NCBI RefSeq assembly: GCF_006345805.1
Contig: NC_043012.1
Span: 13,082,001 to 13,146,000 of the forward strand
DNA: 64,000 bases
Direction: 5' to 3'
Source of the DNA: Octopus sinensis
Lineage: Eukaryota
The stretch's first letter is position 1. Each line of letters starts with the position of its first letter. Under the pieces are notes generated by a model. The model worked only from the letters and a program-made list of their open reading frames with translations. It ran no database searches and was not told the origin of the DNA. Shown here one piece after another: positions 52,398 to 64,000 of this stretch. A program made the position numbers and the translations under genes.

Positions 52398-52935
52398 ATA
52401 CTTGATTCAGCCATTTGACTGCGACCATGCTGGAGTACGGCCTTCTATTCGAAAAAACATACTCCAGAACTTATTTTTGTAAGGCTGTTGATCTCTTAAG
52501 CCGAAACGCTAAGATACGGGGGCTTAAATGCATTAGAATTGGTTGTGAAGCGATAGTGTGCACAAAAACAGGAGCATACTACGCACACGCTCAAGAAACA
52601 ATAGTTAATAAACTCAGTATATATTTTCTTATGGGGTACCAAGACTTTGATGCGATATAAACAACTCTGACATCATTTTATAACACGTTTGAATTGTTTT
52701 CATCTCCTGATAACATTATTAGCTCACAAAATAAAATATTTACTGTATTTGTTAAGTAATGTTTTCCTTTCACCAGATGGAGGACCCTTTTTTGTTGTTT
52801 ATCTTGCCATCACGGGATAATACACTATATATATATATGTATATCTATATGTATATATATACAGAGAGAGAAAGTGAGGGAGAAAGAAAGGGAGAGAGAG
52901 AGAGATCTGTGTGTATGCATGTGTGTGTAAAAATA

Positions 52936-52993
<58 letters not shown>

Positions 52994-53310
52994 TGGTTAC
53001 ATAAAAATATATATTATGTATTACAAGTGTGTTTATGTGGGTGTATGTGTTGAGTGGGTGTCTTCTTCTGTGTAAGAAATATACTGCAGATGAAACGCTC
53101 AGACACAGGTTTTACATCAATCAATGGATCAAACACGGGGATAAAAACAATACCCTTGGGGGTACGATTTATGCAATCGCTCTTCTCATATTCATGTTTG
53201 TGCGTGTACATATATATATGTATATATATATATATGTATATAATATATATATATGTATATATATATATATACATTTGTGTGTGTGTGTGTGTGTGCATGT
53301 GTGTGTGTGT

Positions 53311-53538
53311 TTCAAAATGTGTGACCGCGGCTGTATCGTTGGCGATTTTCTTTCTTTCTTTCTCCGCCTTCCCTTCCTTAGATTCTTTCCTTTTCCTATG
53401 TTTCTGACGAAGAGCTCCGCTCGAAACGTTAAATACTCCTTCTTTCTTTCATTTACTGAGCGTCCAATAACAATAACACTATACTCGTTCAACGTCCTCG
53501 CATTGTTGTGTTTTCTCTTTGTTCATGTTTGGATTAAC
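53311..53538 (+). mobile_element. Solo Penelope-type pLTR between (TG)n and (TA)n
   Basis: Carries an HHR and shares GAAACGTTAAA...CTGAGCG with 38566-38605. Confidence 0.78.
53399..53435 (+). ncRNA. Minimal type I hammerhead with intact core
   Basis: TGTTT-CTGACGA-A-GAGC-tcc-GCTC-GAAA-CG-T-T-AAATA. Predicted cleavage after GUU at 53430. Confidence 0.78.
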
Positions 53539-53587
53539 TATATATATATACATCCATGTTTATATATACACATGCATGCATATATAT

Positions 53588-53669
<82 letters not shown>

Positions 53670-53915
53670 GCCCGTGGGCATATGGTGTAGTGTTTAAGAG
53701 CTCGGGCTACTAACCCAAGATTCCGAGTTCGTTCCTAAGCAATGACCTGAATAATGACAATAAGAACCCCGAATGAGAAACCTGGTTCGAAATTTCTCCA
53801 AGACACCTGAGGAAGGCTGGAGGTTATATCAGCCGAAACGTTGATGAAGACAAATATCCGTCAAATGTAAATAATGTATTTAAGGTACATAATACCTCAT
53901 CTCTTAAATATAGAA
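53670..53915 (+). mobile_element. tRNA-headed SINE-like element carrying a hammerhead core in its tail
   Basis: Head with A-box-like TGGTGTAGTG, anticodon arm GGG-CTACTAA-CCC and B-box-like GAGTTCGTTCC. Tail CTGAGGA-A-GGCTG-gaggttatat-CAGCC-GAAA-CG-T-T (53807-53842). Confidence 0.75.
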
Positions 53916-54328
53916 TTGTAATATTGTTATTGTGACCGAACACAATTCGCGGTCGTTGCCGTTTGAATACACTTACATTCATATATCAGAAATACCTTAG
54001 GAGAATGTCTTGATGTTATAATCACATCATTTTTTCTCTCTATGTCCGGAAGTCAATATATGGTCACTAAGCAGTCCGGATCCTCTGAAAATTTAATTAT
54101 TAACCATTTAACATCTGTTACTGGAGCATAATTCGATTACGGAACCACCTGAGGGTTATGAGTGTATGCATGTATGCATGTAAGCATGGTTATGAGAACG
54201 TAAATATATATATATATGTATAATGTTATATATATATATATATATATATACATACGTAACATTATAACTATGTCTTTTTGTGTGTGCGTGTCTATATACA
54301 TGCATATATATATTATATATATATATAT

Positions 54329-54376
<48 letters not shown>

Positions 54377-54892
54377 TGGGGGAAAAGAGACAGAGAGACA
54401 GAGAGAGTCGGAGATAGAGACAGAGGGTGAGAGAAAGAGGGAGACAGAGAGGAATTGGAAAATATATGTTCTTGTTTGTTTCCGTGTGAATGTATTTACG
54501 TGTGTATATACCTATGTATGTCTTATCCATATATTGATTTATGTTTGAGAATGATGATTAATTGAGGTAATTAAGTTTTCATAGCAACTACTCCACATTC
54601 AATTGGCAACTAGCCATTGTTTAACTACGGCGACATAAACATACATGTATGATTTAGCCACGACATGCCGCACCCCCCCCCCCCATCAACTTATTTGCTA
54701 AGTGAAATCGAAGTCTACAACGAAGCGAAGTTACCGATAACTTCTCACCTATTGCAATGCTTTTGTAGTAACGTGAGGGAGTAGCACGTTTTTATTTCTT
54801 TTTCTTCTCTTGTTAATTTGAAAAATTTAAACTGAAGGTTTAGCTAATATTTTTTTTTTTTTTATTTTTTATATTTTCTCGGTTACATACCG

Positions 54893-55122
54893 ATTTCTTT
54901 ATTACCGACAAGGGGCTAAACATAGAGGGGACAAACAAGGACAGACATAGGCATTAAGTCGATTACCTCGATCCCAGTGCATAACTGGTACTTAATTTAT
55001 CGACCTCGAAAGGATGAAAGGCAAAGTCGACCTCGGCTGAATTTGAACTCAGAACGTAGCGGCAGACGAAAAACCGCTAAGCATTTCGCCCGGCGTCCTA
55101 ACGATTCTGCCAACTCACCGCC
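54893..55122 (-). mobile_element. SINE family 1 monomer
   Basis: Clear reverse complement of the 27891-28121 element. Confidence 0.92.
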
Positions 55123-55780
55123 GGTCTTAGCGTATTTTACGACATACTACACGCTACACATAATGAATGTGCATTACAATATGTAATATATGCCTGGCAT
55201 CGCGTATAGGACTCGCCGCGATGTTCATTTATATGCCGTCGAATACGACATTCGTTTATATGCCATGAAATACGATGATATATCACGAGAATCATAATTT
55301 GTTTTTTACACCTTTGAAATGTAAAAGGCTTAGTAGAAATGGTTGTGATTTAAAAAAATATAGAATGAAAAACTGAAGTACCAGAGAAAATATTGTTCGA
55401 CGCTCACCCTTGATACTTGGAGTATTTTATAGAAATAAATTTTAACACAAATTATATAGCCTATTTATAAGCAAGCACAAATGTATATAATTGCCGGTTT
55501 AGGATACCTTGTGCTAGAGATGGTGCTTTAGAATAAACTTTTTATCTTCTATACAGACTTGAAAACAGAGCACTCTGCACTATGAATCAAGGATGTATAG
55601 TTAGTTTGAATGAATTTTTATTGTACATTATAAATCCTGCCGGGGTCAATATTTCTTTCATATTTCGGAGCAATAAAAAATATTGGATTTCATACTTTCG
55701 TAATTCGTTGGTGAATATATGCGCGCGTGTGTGTGTGTGCGTGTATGTGCGTGAAATTATTCTATGTACACACACACTCA

Positions 55781-55854
<74 letters not shown>

Positions 55855-56008
55855 TATATATATATATATATATATAAAGTCCAGCAGGATATAAAACTTC
55901 TAAGTCAATCAACACCTGTATCGTAAATAATTAGCGTTGGTCCTTAAAATTGCTGTTCATGGGTCAATATTGGAAACTATTCATAATTTCAATATTTATA
56001 CATGATAA

Positions 56009-56415
56009 GGCTGCGAGCTGGCAGAAAAGTTGGAACACCGTGCGAAATGCTTAGCCGTATTTCGTCTACTGTTACGTTCTGAGTTCAAATTCTGCCGAGG
56101 TCGACTTTGCCTTTCATCCTTTCGGAGTCGATAAATTAAATACCAGTTACGCACTGAGGTCGATATAATCGACTTAATCCGTTTGTCTCTCCTTGTTTGT
56201 CCTCTCTGTGTTAATTAGCCCCTTGTGGGTAGTAAAGAAATAAAAATAGGTATTTCGTCTGTCTTTATGTTCTGAGTTCAAATTCCGCCGAGGTCGACTT
56301 TGCCTTTCATCATTTCGGAATCGATAAATTAAGTACCAGTTGCATACTGGTGTCGATCTAATCGGCTGGCCCCATCCCCCCAAATTTCGGGCTGTGTGAC
56401 GTGTAGAAAAGGATA
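56009..56415 (+). mobile_element. SINE family 1, head plus two bodies (second with alternative tail)
   Basis: Restart at GGTATTTCG at 56249. Ends GGCCCCATCCCCCCAAATTTCGGGCTGTGTG. Confidence 0.9.
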
Positions 56416-56529
56416 TATATTGATATCAAGTACACGTAAATTCGATTGTTTTCCATACGCAGAAATGCCCTAACATACCGGGATGCACCACACGGTATAG
56501 GATTTCAGACGTTCGTAATTAGTTGGTGA

Positions 56530-56560
<31 letters not shown>

Positions 56561-56916
56561 AGTGTGTGTGTGTATGTGTGTGTGAAATTATTATATGTAC
56601 ACAAACACACACACACACGCATATATATATATATATATATATATATAGGCCAGCAGGATAAAACTTCTAAGTCACTCTACACATATATTGTAAAAGTTAT
56701 AATAAACTTATACTGTACAATATCATTGAGAAATTCAGTTTGATGTGAATATTTTATATATATATATATAGAACTTTCCACAGAAAAAAAAGCATTAGTA
56801 TATATGTGTGCGTATATATACATATATATGTGTGTGTGTATATATATATATCTGTGTGTGTGTGTGTGTGTGTGTGTTAAGAAATAGATTTGTTTCAACT
56901 CGTAGCACAAATGCAG

Positions 56917-57087
56917 GGATTATTCAGTTACATTGATCTCAGTATGTACCTGGTACTTATTCTATCGAGCCCGACAGGATGAAAAGCAAGGTCGACCTCG
57001 GTGGTATTCCAACTTAGAGCAGAAAACATAGACGTACTATCGCTAAGCATTTATTCCGACGCGGTAAATATTCTACCACCTCACCAC
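56917..57087 (-). mobile_element. Diverged SINE family 1
   Basis: GGTACTTATTCTATCGAGCCCGACAGGATGAAAAGCAAGGTCGACCTCGG. Confidence 0.75.
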
Positions 57088-57397
57088 ATATAACAAATAT
57101 ACCAACGCGCTAGTTACAACCGGGAATTGAAACCGCGACATGCACTCATCCTCACAACCCGCTGTATCTAATAAATAATAACCATTCACTAGTATAAGGT
57201 AGCGCCGCCGAACTGCCCTGCCGCGCAATTATTACCGGCAGGTACCTAATTTTTTTCTTTCGATTATTTTCTCTTCGAAATTTAAGAAAGTTAACATGAA
57301 AAACCACAAACATGCATCCTACATCTCTACCGATATTCGTCGTTGATAAACAAGAAGAAATTCTAAAACATAAACAAAAATGTGAAACGTCACTTAC

Positions 57398-57700
57398 CTC
57401 GGCTATACAAAGAATTGTAATATTAGTAGAAGTTTGATTCCTTTGAACAGTAAAATATTGTCAGTAGTGTCCTGTTAGTTATACGGCACAGTAATAACAG
57501 CTGATTTATACAGAGCGAAATAGACAGAGCGCAGAAGAGACACCAAACGTAAAACGTAAAGGGATACACGAGCGAAGAAGAGAAAATGATACGAAGACAG
57601 AGTGGCTGATGGAGAGAGAAGAGACAGCGCGGGAACGAGGAGAAGATGAGAGTAAGAGAGTGAGTCCGAGCCTCTCCTTATCGCATAATCGTCTGATTCG
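57398..57700 (-). other. Candidate non-coding (5') exon ending at a consensus splice donor
   Basis: Minus strand CCGAG|GTAAGTG at 57398/57397. Pyrimidine-rich leader and TATAAA near 57510. Stops in all frames in the last 74 nt. Upstream limit uncertain. Confidence 0.35.
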
Positions 57701-57783
57701 CAGAAATATACAACGATGCTATGTATAATATTGGTATAGTGGTCTATATGTACGTATGTATGGATGTATGTATATACATATAT

Positions 57784-57832
<49 letters not shown>

Positions 57833-58264
57833 GTATGTATATAAATATATATTATGTATGTATATATATATATTTATGTATGTATATATATATATATATA
57901 TATTTATTATGCATACATGTATGTCTCTATATGTATGTTTGTATTTGCATATTGTGTCTCTAAGTGAAGACAGCCATACACAGAAGGAAATATACTGAGG
58001 AACTGTATAAAGAATATGTGCGTCTTAGTGGTGTGTGTATGTGTGTGTGTGCGTGAGTGTATCGGCCCGTTTATGACATATATTTATTTTAATCTTTATA
58101 TCTGTATGTTCTACACATTTTTTTATTTGGCTTAAATACGAATATCAGGTGTGAGCGAAATTATACATTCTTATACATACGTAAAGTATATTCATACATA
58201 CATACTTACAAATATACATACATATATATGCATATACATGTACGTATACTCTCCATATATATAT

Positions 58265-58332
58265 GGAGAGTTTATGAAAAAAACAAAAGACGTAGACAGG
58301 TGGTGTACAAAACAAATTGATGTATTAGTATA

Positions 58333-58334
<2 letters not shown>
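58265..58334 (-). mobile_element. Short 3' fragment of the pLTR family seen at 36836-36950
   Basis: AAACAAAAGACG.AGACAGGTGGTGTACAAAACAAA..GATGTATTAGTATAAC between (TA)n and (CA)n. Confidence 0.72.
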
Positions 58335-58367
<33 letters not shown>

Positions 58368-58416
58368 CATAAACACAGAATGACGATAGATAGGTAGATA
58401 GAGAGAGAGAGAGAAA

Positions 58417-58546
58417 GAAGAAGAAGAAGAAGAAGAAGAAGAAGAAGAAGAAGAAGAAGAAGAAGAAGAAGAAGAAGAAGAAGAAGAAGAAGAAGAGAAG
58501 AAGAAGAAGAAGAAGAAAGAAGAAGAAGAAGAAGAAGAAGAAGAAG
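58417..58546. repeat. (GAA)n trinucleotide tract
   Basis: Direct, about 130 bp with two interruptions. Confidence 0.95.
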
Positions 58547-60013
58547 GGAGGGAGCTAGGTTGGTAGAGAGAGAGCAAGATAAATGTAGCAAAAGAACGAA
58601 GGAAAAAATTTCTGAAAGAATGAAAGGAACAATGATTCTGCGCTTAAGTGTTCGCGTGTGTGCTTATGTGTGTGTGTGTGTGTGTGTGTCTGCGTGCGTG
58701 TGTGTGCGTTTGTGTGTATGTGTACGTAAGCGTGCGTCTGTGTGAGCGTGTATGTATGTGTGTGTGTGCGTGTGCCTGTGTGTGTGCACGCTTATCTGAC
58801 ATACACTATATGCTGTACAAGTATTAATCATTTATTTTTTGCACACCATATTCTCGGAAGATTATATCAGATCAAACTTAATGAACAAGAGTAACAAGAA
58901 GAAGAAATGATAAAGTTAAGGAACAATTACTAGAATCACTATAGATATTGCGGCGAATAATAACTTTTTCAAAGAAATTCCTTAGTTTATTGCAACCAAA
59001 ATATGTTCGCCAGACACATGTGCCAACTCGCAGAGTTCAACGTGTATGCGGCATGTTTATCTGAGGAAAAGTTAGCGATTGAAGCAGTAATTTGATTGTC
59101 GTGGTAGTCGTAGAGGTGGTCGTCTTCATATTCAACTTGAGGTTGGACAGTCCGTGAACAGCAGGATGCTGTGTGACTGAAATACGCTACAGCAAATCAC
59201 GTACTTTTAACTTTAAATGAAGCGAAGAGTTCGTGGCTACTTTATTTCGTTCGGTAATTGAAAAGGTTAGTTGTTATGTCGTAAAACATGCCAGGTACAG
59301 GTATTCGAATTTATCAACGCGTGGTTCGTTGTTGTATGCATGTGTGCGATATATTATTACGTAGATAACACATACTCTCTCATATTTATTTGTTTAATAT
59401 TAGATATCACAATAGAACCTAGCATTGAAAAATATTCGGCATTAAGCAGGGCGCGTATGCGGGGTTTATGACAGTGACGTGGCTCGTGTTAAAGTATATG
59501 TATGTAAACATACGTCTGTAAGTCTCTTTGCATGGCTGCAGATGTAGATATATTACTGCCTATGTGTATAGGTATAGTTACACGTGTATCCCTGTATTAC
59601 CTTACAACACTTCATGAATGCCTGTACATACACACGCACACAAACACACATACACATACATATATATATGTATACACACCCAAACATACAAATATACATA
59701 CACACACACATATATATATATATAATATATATATATATATAATATATATATATACACCGCATGAAATATATGTGCGTGCGTGTGAACGTAACTTTGCTTT
59801 TACAAGCGTATACGAATGGATAAATGCATGGAAGCAAGTATCTGCATGTATACATACTTATGTATGTAAATATCTGTCAGCTTGCGTATGTATGTCAATA
59901 TTCCTAGAATCATAGATTTTACAAAACATACGCGCGTGCGCCCACACACACACATGTACACACACACGCACGTGCAACAAACAGATATCTGTTTAATATA
60001 TATACATGTATAA

Positions 60014-60405
60014 GGCGGCGAGCTGGCAGAAACGTTAGCACGCCGGGCGAAATGCGTAGCCGTATTTCGTCTACTTGTTACGTTCTGAGTTCAAATTCCG
60101 CCGAAGTCGACTTTGCCTTTCATCCTTTCGGGGTCGATAAATTAAGTACCTGTAGCGCACTGGGGTCGATGTAATCGACCTAATACCTATGTCTGTCTTT
60201 GTCCCCTCTCTGTTTAGCCCCTTGTGGGTAGTAAAGAAATAGGTATTTCTTCTGTCTTTACGTTGAGTTCAAATTCCGCCGAGGTCGACTTTGCTTCCAT
60301 CCCTTCCGGGTCGATAAATTAAGCACCTGCTGCGTAGTGGAGTCGATGTAATCGACTAACCCCTCTCCCAAACTTTCAGGCCTTCTACCGAGAGTAGAAA
60401 ACAGT
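60014..60405 (+). mobile_element. SINE family 1, head plus two bodies (second with alternative tail)
   Basis: Restart at GGTATTTC at 60242. Ends CCCTCTCCCAAACTTTCAGGCCTT...AGTAGAAAA. Confidence 0.9.
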
Positions 60406-60593
60406 ACATATACATGTATATGCATGTGTATATTTACATATAAGAGTAAACGCGCGCGTATACATGTATGTATGTATGTATTTATCTATCTATCTATCCA
60501 TCTATCTACCGCTATATATATGTGCATATATAAATATGAATATATATATATCATATATATATATATATATATATGTGCGTACATATATATATA

Positions 60594-60641
<48 letters not shown>

Positions 60642-60788
60642 TATATGCATATATATATATTTATAATGAGTGAGAGAGAGAGTGATATTTATCTCTTTAT
60701 CTTTCACTGTATATATATGTGTATGTGTCTGTGTGTATGTGTATATTTATATATATACATATATATGTATACATATGTGTCTGTGTGT

Positions 60789-60856
<68 letters not shown>

Positions 60857-61174
60857 CAGATGGATAGGAAGAAAAAGGACAGAGATAGAGAAAGAGTTAT
60901 ATTGTGAGGTATATGGGGCTTTAAACAAAATCTACATAAAAATTACTTTATGACTAAATAAGCTAGAACCCGATAAACAAACACTTAATTTGCTTTTTTC
61001 TCATTGTTGATGTTTTTCTCTCTCTATCTCTCAGTCACTTCGTTCGATTTCTCCGTACTTTGTTTCATATCTCACGATATATGCATCTCTCTTCCTTTCT
61101 GTCAATCTGTCTAATACATATTTTCTGATACGAAGTTTTCTTCCCAATCATATGTTTCCGTGTTCTGTCCTACT

Positions 61175-61480
61175 ATGCTGCAACTTTGGCAGGTGTCTTC
61201 CACTATAGCCCTGGCAGAGCCAAGCCCTTCTGGCTAGATTTGGTCGGCGGACACTGAAAGAAACCAGTCGTATAAATATATGTATGTATTTATATATGCT
61301 TGTCTAAGTGTATGTTTTTGTCCCCCACCACTAATTGACAACTTGTGTTGGTTCGAATACGTCACCGTAAAATAGTGGTTTGGTAAACGAGACCGGTAAA
61401 AATAGTAACAGGGACGGCAATCTAAGGACTGGATTCGACCAAAACCTCTATGGTCGTGCTCCAGCATGGCTGCTGCCCTG
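61175..61480 (+). mobile_element. Diverged SINE family 2
   Basis: GGCAGGTGTCTTC.ACTATAGCC...CTGAAAGAAACC.GTCG...GTGCTCCAGCATGGCTGC. Confidence 0.72.
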
Positions 61481-63789
61481 TGCCTTAAGCATTTAAAAGA
61501 TAAAAGATTATAAGTTCCAGTACGTCTGCTGTCCTGTGCCTAAAACATCTAAAAGATGAAAGATATATATGCCCCAGGATGACCGCCGCTTTAAAGCTAA
61601 AACAATTGGTAGTAGTAATGAAAATATATATATATACATATATGATAGTATATGTAGAATAACATATAGAAATCAAAGTATTCTTCATATTGATGAGTCT
61701 TACGGACTACAGTAACCGCAGAATTTGTGTGATAGAAACAGTAAATGAGAAGTGAACGATTAACGCGAAATCTGTGGGAAGGATGTGTATAATATTTAAC
61801 GATCATTTACCAATACACTGAGGAAGGACATTAAGAGACTAAGACAAGGTTGGTGGTCGTACTACAAGCAATTAAGAATTAATGAAAGAATACATTTTTA
61901 ATATATCGAAATTTTTTTCCAGAGGCATAAACACGTACACACGGTTTCCCAGATTTTGTGATGCATATATTTCACTTGTGGAGGGAACGCCAATTCATCG
62001 CAAGAACACTCGTTTTTGCCGGCAGACTGGGTTGGAATTATATATAATGAAGATTCATAAATCGGTAACATATGCTTAGGATCATTAGTGCTACGCCCTA
62101 ACGACCATGCACCTCATGTATTAAAGTTTATTAGAATTTAAACTCTAAGTATTAGGGTCGTTAAAATAAAATTCATAGTTGTGCTCAAAGAATAAGTGAG
62201 GGAAATATAGTTTCACACGATCCAATAAACGTATTGGCTATACCTTTATGAATAGCACTAACAAATGTTAAGTTCACCATATACTTCATAGTCCATAAAC
62301 AACTCATCACTACCTCTCTACAATTACTAATATATTTGTTATTCGAATTGTGTAGAATGCAAATGTGATACGCATATGGACGTGTAATTATCGTCACATC
62401 ACGTTGGTTAATGAGAATTGATTTACACCTAATTAATTCATAAATTCTAGATAAGAACAAATCGCAATTAGCATTTCTACCCTTATAAGTTGTTTTCTTT
62501 TGAACGATCAAGCAATTTCATATTCAACTTCTTTATCAGCAAGCATCCAAACGCATAAAGTTAATGAAATAAAATTAGGATTACGTCCTTCTATAAAGCT
62601 ACATTTGCAGTTATACCTCCTAGGTTCCATATGGTTAGCTGCAGTATCTCCATATATATGGAGTATGCCAAGTGCTTGTACAGAAATTTTCTAGACACTC
62701 TGGGCATATCTATAGTTGCAAAACTTATTCAATATAGTGAGGCTATCATGTGTAGTGGACATAGCTACTAGTATTTAGTGAGTCATCATTTTTATTATTT
62801 GCTCAAGGTACATCTATACCACTTGGTAAATTGCTAGATGCACATGTACGGCTAGAAACTTTACGGGTTATATTGCCGTTTGAGAGACGCTTCAGGTTCG
62901 TACGGTCAAATCTAGCTAAGTATTATGCAATGTTAGGTCTTGTGAAGTGAGGTAGCTTTAGTTTTTTGTCACTCAAATATCTTATTATATGGTTTGAATG
63001 CAAGAATGTACTTATTTAAAGCACGGAATAAAATGGCTGTAATATGGCTGCAATATTTAATCCGAACGGAGGATTAAACCAGATCATGCTTATCATATGT
63101 AATTGGCTATAACCTTTATGAATATCTCCTGACAGTATGAAAAATAGCCAGATAACTAATATTATCTTTCAGAACATCAATTCTACACTTTGTATTATCT
63201 CTTCCCGCTTGTATTTCGCTTTTGATACATCAACTCATAACAATTCCTTTTAATGCTTAATGTTATGCTTATCGCAGCAGTGAATTATTTCATTCTTGTC
63301 ATTAGTAGTAATGTTTTAGCCAGCAATAACGTGGAGATTAGGATTGCCGGTATTGATACTTGAAGGATAATTCTTGTTATTTGTATGTCGATTATATTTA
63401 TCAGTATCGTTACCCCTAAAATTACTGATAGTTTGTGTGCTAATTGTAGTATTGCAGTGATTTTCCTTATTATTGCAATATTACGATTCGTGTCGATTCC
63501 AGTCGTATTACTACAGTTATGACGTCTTATTCCATTTACATCATCATATTATAATTTTGCTTGTTCCCTCCTTAGCTCGTCCGTCCGTTACGCTCTTTCT
63601 ATAATGTATAAGAGGAGGTACAGAGAAATAGTGAGAGAGAAAGAGTCAGGTTCATAGGGAGAGATAGAGAGAGAGACTGGTGATAGAAAGTGTTTGTGTG
63701 TATGTGTGTGTGTGTGAACGTGTGACAGTCCGTGTGTGTTTATAGATAGACACATATATCTATACATATCTATACATACATGTATAGAT

Positions 63790-63794
63790 ATGTG

Positions 63795-63859
<65 letters not shown>

Positions 63860-63860
63860 A
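63790..63860. repeat. (CTAT)n microsatellite
   Basis: Direct. Confidence 0.92.
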
Positions 63861-64000
63861 AACACACATACAGAATGTCACACGTTCACACACACACTTT
63901 TTATCCCCACATTCTCTACCTTCCTCTCCCTCTCCCCCAGACGCTTTCTCTCCCACTACCACTCTGCCTCTCCTCTGTATCGAAAAGTTAAAGTAACATC

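Noticed and set aside
53676-53740. Functional tRNA gene (likewise all SINE heads)
   Set aside because: No complete acceptor stem, damaged B box, and the sequence continues into repeat body. These are tRNA-derived heads.
63290-63560. About 87-codon open frames on the minus strand
   Set aside because: Looks like a decayed ATT/AAT triplet repeat that is open in several frames.

Overview
AT-rich, microsatellite-dense metazoan DNA; the SINE families and repeat landscape suggest an octopus (inference, not confirmed by search). I recognise no host protein-coding exon, and most long ORFs in the track are translations of (TA)n, (CA)n or (CT)n. The window is mostly transposon debris: three tRNA-headed SINE families, two mariner and two Tc1 remnants, a non-autonomous Helitron, a Gypsy pol relic, Tx1/L1 and CR1 3' ends, and a duplicated Penelope-like GIY-YIG fragment. 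The main unexplained signal is a set of hammerhead ribozyme (HHR) motifs in several different small elements sitting in (TA)n tracts. The clearest is a 4.4-copy array of a ~474-bp ORF-less, hairpin-rich monomer at 11293-13480, each full unit carrying an intact type I HHR (retrozyme/circRNA-like). Others are a head-to-head foldback with a G3:C8 core-swapped HHR (15608-15959), a tRNA-headed SINE-like element with an HHR in its tail (53670-53915), and minimal HHRs in Penelope pseudo-LTRs. Weak splice signals hint at a minus-strand, largely non-coding transcript.
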